Part shown: positions 56,375 to 64,000 of the stretch, one piece after another
Layout: every line of letters starts with the position of its first letter
Position numbering within the stretch: the stretch's first letter is position 1
Assembly: GCA_951406725.2 (NCBI GenBank)
Contig: OX597821.1
Location: forward strand, 12,338,001 to 12,402,000
Reading direction: 5' to 3'
Length of the DNA: 64,000 nt
From: Octopus vulgaris
Taxonomy: Eukaryota
Translations under genes and position numbers: made by a program
The notes under the pieces: generated by a model
The model's input: only the letters and a program-made list of their open reading frames with translations
Databases searched by the model: none
Told to the model about the DNA's origin: nothing

Positions 56375-56444
56375 TGTATGTATGTATGTATGTATGTATG
56401 TATGTATGTATGTATGTATGTAGGTATGAATGTATGTATGTAAT

Positions 56445-57500
56445 TTTTGAACAAATGGGTATAGGTCAATTAGTGTGTCGGTGTGTGGAGTAAAGCACAA
56501 GCACAGTTTGAGATACCTGGTATCATCTGCAATTTGGGCATATTTCCGTTGGATCTACTTCAGGAATCCTGCTTTGTTAGTTGAGATAATAATCGATAAG
56601 GAAATAGATGTATTTGGTATTAGTCTATACGCATCACGACGATCGTTTCAACCCATCCTGCGACTGTCCTTTATGGGTGGGATGCTGTGCATCTTATTGC
56701 ATTGCAGCACTTTTTGCAGTTTGCGTCGCGTCAGGTTCATGCATACATAGTGGTGTCTCGCTAAAAATGCTGAGTTTAGACAGTCATGTTGATATTTAGA
56801 CTTTAAAGTATTTCTAATAAGGTAAACATTACTGGTGCACATATAAATTGTGTCTTGCTCTTCGGTTGAACTGAGGTACTTAGTGTTTCCTCTTTTTGTT
56901 TAAGAATAGACGTATGAAGGAACATTCCTCAGCACGCTCTCTCACAGCCTATAGGTGTATAAACAAAACAAACGCACTGTGGAAATGATACCGATAACGT
57001 TTGCATTACAGACCTTATTTTAATTCAGAATTTAATTTTCTTCCACTTATGCTATAAAAAATGTTATAATTCAGGTCTATAGTCAGTTCTATTACCTTGC
57101 ATTTCAATATTTCAGCTTTAGGTCTTTTCTTCAGGAGATCTGCCGAGAATATGTGTTGATAGCTGAATTCTCTGCCACCTAGCATGTGTGTACGCAGGGT
57201 TGTTTTAAGTTTCTATATGGCCACTTATCTACGTTTAGTTCAGATCAGTTATTAATTCGATCATTGCTCTTTTATTTTCGAGTTCCAAATGCGTCTTTCT
57301 GAAGCTTCAACGGAAAAATGAATGTGCCTTTGCTGTGGCATTTCCGTAAATATATTTTGACGGAAGAAGCATACAGGGGTTCTTTAAATCTTATGCGAAA
57401 TTTTATACTTTTGAAGCAGAATTCAATACATTTGCCACGATTGATTTTGTACACTACATATGACCGCAGATATAGTGTCGGGCGTTGGAGCAATGCACAT
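56445..57500 (-). mobile_element. old degenerate Penelope-like element 3' portion
   Basis: Decayed GIY-YIG-like traces (..GH.YRNLK..H..ENSAINT; ..RPEL) upstream of a hammerhead-like motif; ends at (TACA)n. Confidence 0.45.
56628..56745 (-). ncRNA. degenerate type I hammerhead motif with long helix II
   Basis: Minus strand TATGCAT-ga-AC-CTGACGC-GAC[~70 nt]GTT-GAA-ACGATCGT-C-GT-g-ATGCGTA; A9 mutated to C. Confidence 0.6.
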
Positions 57501-58134
57501 GAGGTATGTTTTGTTACATAAGGTGTTATTACCGTGTTAATGTTACACTTCCTGTCTCGCTACATTTACTTATTTTTAATGTGGTCTTTCTTAGCTCCAT
57601 TGGTCAAGGATAAATTGTAGTATAAAAACAGGCTTCAGCATGCAACGTTCCTGTGAATGTTACTGAAGTTGTATCCGTTCTCTGATTTTGAATTCAAACT
57701 TAAGCAGAGATTAGGAATCTGTGTTATTTTAGTGTTGCACTTCAAATTTTATGCTTAATATTGTTCGAAATATTTTGTATTTTAACAGCCTCCTCAAGAG
57801 TTTATATTAATATCAGGGTGACATTTATGCATCTGGCGAAAAAAAGCACATAATTGGCAGCGGTCGAATGTTCTGTTTTCTAAACGGTCCATGTATGAGA
57901 GGACCATTCGTTAAATTGCAATGCAGTGAAACAATCGATTGCATCGAATCATTTACTTGACTGTTTTAGTTGGTGATCGGCAGCTAAAGGGAGAATGACA
58001 GTTGGGCTTAGTGGGGATTGGATTTAGAATGTGACAAGGCAGAACACAGTGAGCAGGGCACCTTTTGCAGCCACAGCAATGGTACGAGGTCACCTCTCTA
58101 AACTTGTCTACAAATAATGATTTGTTACTTTGAA

Positions 58135-58365
58135 GGCGGCGAGCTGGCAGAAGGGTTAGCACGCCGGGCGAAATATGTAGCCGTTTTTCGTCTGCCGTTA
58201 CGTTCTGAGTTCAAATTCCGCCGAAGTCGACTTTGCCTTTCATCCTTTCGGGGTCGATAAATTAAGTACCATTTACGCACTGGGGTCAATGTCATCGATT
58301 TAATCCGTTTGTCTGTCCTTGTTTGTCCCCACTGTGTGTAGCCCCTTGTGGGCAGTAAAGAAATA
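58135..58365 (+). mobile_element. SINE family B, full length
   Basis: GGCGGCGAGCTGGCAGAA..GTTCTGAGTTCAAATTCC..GCCTTTCATCCTTTCGGGGTCGATAAATTAAGTACC. Confidence 0.9.
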
Positions 58366-59983
58366 GGTATAACAGTAGATATATAATGGTTAGTATCATA
58401 ATGGGACCCTAATATCCAATCACACAGGGTTTAATGATAATGGGATTTGAGATTAGAAATTGGATTTGCATTTGCAACTTTATAAGAGATAAAATAATGC
58501 TTTAAGGCATTCACTTCTAGACACTGTAGTTTCTTCTACGTCATTGACTTTGTAATTATAAATAATTAAACAGAAGAAATGCGAGCAAAAAAAAAAAGAG
58601 CGTAAAAAGAGATTAAATAAAAGAATAGAACTAAGAAAGATCGACAAATCATTAGAATAAGGTTGAAAGACAGAAAAAGAGAAAGAGAGAGTTGCTATGA
58701 GTACGAGGAAAATGTCCGCACATCTTGAGCTTTAAACGCTAATTACTGGATAATCAATAAACTGAAATTATCCGTTCATAAAATGTTTTGACAGAGCAAA
58801 GTTCATTTTAACGAACGACTCATGTCAACTTAAGTGGACAGACGCACTGTAATCAGCTTAAAGTAGCCATTAGTTTTAAGAATTGAAAACTGGTTAGCTT
58901 TCGATCACTACCTTCGTTCTTTTTGTATATCTCACTGGAACGTTGAAGATTTCTTCTAAACCAACGTAAGCCCACTTGTTACGCTTGACTTTTTCTCCAT
59001 CCATCATTCTACACTGCATCTCATTTCCATAAGTCCTTAAAAGTCTTTGTCAATCTCCTTTTCTTCTCTACTTCCGCGTGTTTCGTATTAAATTTTTCTA
59101 TACATTTAGTACACAGACTTACTGAATAAACAAATAGTTGAGTTTATAGAGTTGCTTGTTCAAACATCGATGGAAATAGGGATTGTGAGTCCGTACTAAG
59201 GAAGACTCGGTAATATATGATCATTTGAAACCAAAGAAATGGTATCTAATTCTCTCTAAAAGTACTTTCCAACGGATATAAATAAAAGGAAATCACACTT
59301 AGTAATTTACTTCTAGATATCCTGCTGAGGAAAGAGATAGCAGGCGGGAATATCATTGACCAGGTGTTATCTGGACCATGGATGACTAGCGGCTAAAACA
59401 ACTAAGAGAGCAACAGAAACAGCAGCAAGAATTAGGCTACTGAATATTTCTAGAACATTATTTTTCTTTTTAGTTTCGTCCTGGAATATAGATGTGACAC
59501 TACAATTTGAGCGCTTACGGTTTCAATTGACTAATTTAGATAGTAATTTGGAAGGATTCATATTGATATACAGAGGGTTCTGCATAATTTCACTTATTAA
59601 ATAATCATTTATTTCCGATTACGATGCTTTCTTTTTTAACTCTCCTATCATATATTATCTGTGTCGACTGTGAGCTCATATTATACGAGATAGACAAGAG
59701 AAGTGAAAACAAAAATCTGATGTGTTGAGATATGATACCCGATGTTGCTCACGTCACATCATCAAAAACTATGCGTCATAACAGCAGCCAAGCAATAGTG
59801 TAGTAGCTTATACTAAAGGCATCGATATTTCTGTGATATTGATGACACGCATCTCATAAACAAGGCATTATAACACGACGTGTTTACAGGAACAATATTT
59901 CTTCGAGACGATAATTGCTTGCTAAACAATGAGAAACTGCCCAAACTGGTATCGTCAGTTCAACTCATGAATATTTTCACATA

Positions 59984-60375
59984 TTTATATATAAAATTGA
60001 GGTTGTGTGTCTGTCTCCTACGATTTAGATTCCTAACTACTCCCACATTTTGCGGTGCAGTTTAACCAAAACCAGGTATCTTATAGTCGTGATTCCTATC
60101 GAGCCCTTCTGGGTATTAGCGCGCGTCTACGATGAGTCTACGATTAAAAACAAATTTACCATCAATTTTTCCCATTTTAATGCATTTTTGGCATGTATAA
60201 GGGAAGTAACTCTCTCAAAATTTATTATTGGATCTCAGAACGTAAAAAGCTACAGTAACCCCCCCCCCCCTTTGTGGTTAGCTATATTGAGATGGCTATT
60301 ATACTTTACATCTCTAAAAATGCTTATATAGTTATTTCCCTTACAAACCCGAGCAACGTCGGGCGATACTGCTAG
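59984..60375 (+). mobile_element. non-autonomous Helitron-like element
   Basis: 5' TATATATAAAATTGAGG, 3' hairpin CCCGAGCAACGTCGGG followed by CTAG then T; no TSD. Confidence 0.75.
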
Positions 60376-60548
60376 TTTGTAATAAGAATTCACTGAATTT
60401 ATAACCTCATCTTCGCCAGGATCATAATCATTGTAGTATTCACTCATATATCATTGATGGTAGTAGAAATAAGATATATCTGAGTACTTACTTTCTCAGG
60501 AGTACTTACTTTCTCAGTGTCGTTTGCATGTGTAAGTCCGGATGTGAG

Positions 60549-60594
<46 letters not shown>

Positions 60595-60701
60595 TGTATT
60601 TGTTTCTATGTATGCATGTGTATGTATATAGACACACAAACATATGTATAATATAATGTACCAGTATATGAATTTTACATGCATATCTCTATGTATACAC
60701 T

Positions 60702-60747
<46 letters not shown>

Positions 60748-60774
60748 GTCTGTGTGTGTGTGTGTACATATATG

Positions 60775-60820
<46 letters not shown>

Positions 60821-60824
<4 letters not shown>

Positions 60825-62021
60825 TCGGTATCCGCCATTTTTAGATTTTGGAATCTATATTTTATCTAGTTAGTTTTAGTTAAGTTTTGTTTAATTTCAG
60901 ATCATTAAAATGGAATGTCAATTTAAGAAATACGAGCATGTTCGACACCTCCTTCTTTTTACTTTTTATCAAGGTTCTAAGGCTGCAAAAGCTTCTCGCG
61001 ACATTTTTACTGTGTATGGAGAGTGTGCCATAGTTGAAAGAACCGCTCGTGATTGGTATACCGAGTACAAAAATAGAACATTTGCCCCCAAAGACGCACC
61101 TCGTTCTGGCCGTCCACTTGAATTCCATGAAGAGCGATTCACCAACTTTTGGACGAAAATTCTCGTCAAACGACAAGGGAACTGGCAGAGAAAATGGAAT
61201 GCTCCCACACTGCTATAGAGAAGCATCTTCACACGATGGGAAAGTTTCAGAAGTATGGAGCATGGGTTCTGCATGCTTTAATTGACAAAAACAAAACTCA
61301 ACGAGCCACAATCTCCGCTGGTTTGCTTGCTCGTCACCGCTCAACACATGGATACAAGCAACGATTTTTTTTACCGAATCGTTACTGGCGACGAAAAATG
61401 GTGCCTGTACATCAATATGAAGCAGCGTAAGGAATAGCTTAGCCCCGGTAAAGAAGCGACACCACACGTGAAAGAAGAGCCTCATCCCCGTAAAACGATG
61501 TTGTGCGTATGGTGGGACTGGGAAGGGATTATCCATTACAAATTGCTTGAACGGAACCAAACGGTCAACGCGGAACTCTATGTTCAACAGATGGGACGAC
61601 TCAACACGGCTATTCAAGTGGAAAGACCTAATTGGCAGCATGGAGTTCTTCTGTTGCACAACGCCCGCCCTCATATCACCAACATGACTAAGGAAGTCAT
61701 TCAAACGCATGGCTGTGAAGCCACACCCTGTGTACTCTCCTGGTTTGGTACCAACGGATTTCCACCTCTTTCGATCTTTTTCAAACGCTATGCGCAGAGT
61801 TCCGTCCAATACTGATGCAGAATTGAGAGCTTGGTGGGGTTAATTTTTCGAGTCGAAATCGGGCGATTTCTACAAACGAGGTGTAGAAAATCTTGTTCAA
61901 CGTTGGGAAGAAGTTGTAGAGAACAAAGGTAAATACATCATTGATTAATTAGCTATTTTTTATTAAACCTTTTCAAAAATTTTAATTAAAAAACCGCGGG
62001 TACTTAGTTGTCGATCCAATA
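60821..62021 (+). mobile_element. mariner transposon, second copy of the 5937-7199 family
   Basis: Colinear with 5937-7199; right TIR CGCGGGTACTTAGTTGTCGATCCAATA; left TIR eroded; (TA)n on both sides. Confidence 0.92.
60910..61948 (+). pseudogene. mariner transposase pseudogene
   Basis: MECQFKKYEHVRHLLL, DAPRSGRP, GAWVLHAL, IVTGDEKW, KTMLCVWWDWEGIIHY; frameshifts and stops. Confidence 0.92.
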
Positions 62022-62034
62022 TATATATGTATAC

Positions 62035-62151
<117 letters not shown>

Positions 62152-62644
62152 TAGAAAAATGAGAAAACTTATGTTATGATCAATAATCAAACAAATTGAA
62201 CCACATCTGTTGATTGTTTCTTACTACAAAACGTGGCATAACTGTTCTTACCGTCGTTTACGGTTCCAGTGTTGGTCGGTGCTTACAAAAGAAATTCCGA
62301 AAATAATATTCGTCATTTTCATAGCACATTCGATCTAGTACATGGAGCGGCACCATATTGAATACAAAAGCGTAAAATAAAACGAACGAAAGGAAGAGGG
62401 AAGAGGAAAGAACAGGGCCCCAAAAAGAGGCCAGAAGGCTCAATATATTAAAATCATGCCATATTGCGGCGTGGAGCTTGAAGACAATAGGCAAAAGAGT
62501 GAAGTAGACATAGCCTAGGGAAATATTTACGTGTTATTTCTATACATAGGGGGAACTAGTTTGGTTTGATAGTAGTGAAATGAAGTTAGTACTGAAACAA
62601 AACAAGAATTACCAATGTGTCCAGAAAAAAAATACTTATGATAT

Positions 62645-62850
62645 CATATGGTGACAATGCCGTAGATGTTCTATATTGAGGATCGTTAAAAGAACTTATG
62701 TGGCTTCGGTACCACTGCTTGAAGTCTATCGATCTACCAATATATATTTTTCTCTGGCCATTTTGTGTTTCAGCGCTACATTTATAAATAACATTATCAT
62801 GGCAACAATTTCCACTAATCGGACATCTAATCGGACACTTTTTGCGTCCT
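62645..62850 (-). pseudogene. PLE GIY-YIG endonuclease fragment
   Basis: CPISGNCCHDNVIYKCSA..KIYIGRS..FKQWYRSHISSFN..STALS. Confidence 0.8.
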
Positions 62851-63088
62851 TTATGGGGTCTGCTGCTAGCATTAGTGAATGCTGGGATGCACAGTGTGAA
62901 TTGTACTTTCATTCAGGCCAATTTCGGGTTTATTTATTTTATTATTATTAATGTTCTTACCAAAGATATTATTATCATTTCTATCATTACGGAATCTTAT
63001 TTCATTCTTGTTCATTGATGCCATGAAGTGTGACTGAACCCGGAACCATGTGATTGATAACCAATATACTTACCACACAACAACTTTT

Positions 63089-63171
<83 letters not shown>

Positions 63172-63221
63172 CATGCATATATATACATATATATATATAT
63201 GTATGTATGTATATATATATG

Positions 63222-63266
<45 letters not shown>

Positions 63267-64000
63267 ACATATATATATGTATATATGTATGTATATATAC
63301 ATAAGAACATACAAAGCTACATACATTCATAAAAACATGTATACGTACATACATTACATAACATATATGCATGGAAATCCATAGAAGGTGAGTGAAATTA
63401 ATAAACTTCTGAAACAAATCAACCAATTTTTCTACAAAAATATCTAAAATGGGAAAGTAGTGTAAGTTTTTCTTTATCTTAATAAATACTAGCGTTTCCT
63501 TCAAAACAACGAAAATATAAAACGACAACCTATATAAATATTAGACACATTATATATAGTATAATGTTATAGTTTCAAGAAGTAGAACTACAAGAAAAAC
63601 ATAAACATATATTTTTTGTTTTGTATTTATTCAATTTAATATCTTCCAAACAAATATGATTCCTGCATAATGAAGCCCAACGTTATACGCTAATATACTT
63701 TGCTCACACAGAGGCACAGATATACATACATTCCTACATACATACATGCATAGAAAACACGCAGACACACGGAGGGTGGTGGTTAAAATAAGATGCCTTC
63801 TTTTACAACCTTGCTACCAAGGAGGTGGCCTGTCAAAATTTACTCTAAAATTAAAAAGAGAAACAGAACAGATATAAACACACATATATACGCACATACA
63901 AATGCACGTATAAAACTACACGCAAAAACACACAGACACACACACACTCACACACACATATAGAAACAAACAAACACAGAAAGAGACTGTGTATTGTATG

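Overview
This is AT-rich, microsatellite-saturated, non-coding eukaryotic DNA. The SINE families and repeat make-up look like an octopus (cephalopod) genome; that is pattern recognition, not a database result. I find no supportable host-gene exon, and almost all ORFs in the track are translations of (TA)n, (CA)n, (TAA)n, (TAGA)n or (AGT)n tracts. The window is a mosaic of: three tRNA-derived SINE families (about 20 copies); two near-full-length dead mariner transposons, plus an internally deleted copy and a 3' fragment; Helitron-like non-autonomous elements; LINE fragments (CR1/L2, RTE, R4/Dong, HERO/R2-like); and Penelope-like element (PLE) remnants with GIY-YIG endonuclease pieces. The most interesting signal is at the RNA level. 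Six unrelated loci carry minimal type I hammerhead ribozyme motifs with palindromic helix III, including natural U3-A8 and G3-C8 core covariants. One sits in a 360-bp tandem unit resembling a non-LTR retrozyme or PLE pseudo-LTR and is fused to a CR1 RT fragment. One is duplicated in a near-perfect 513-bp palindrome, and one is split by an inversion at helix III. Repeat coordinates are approximate, and all folds were done by eye.
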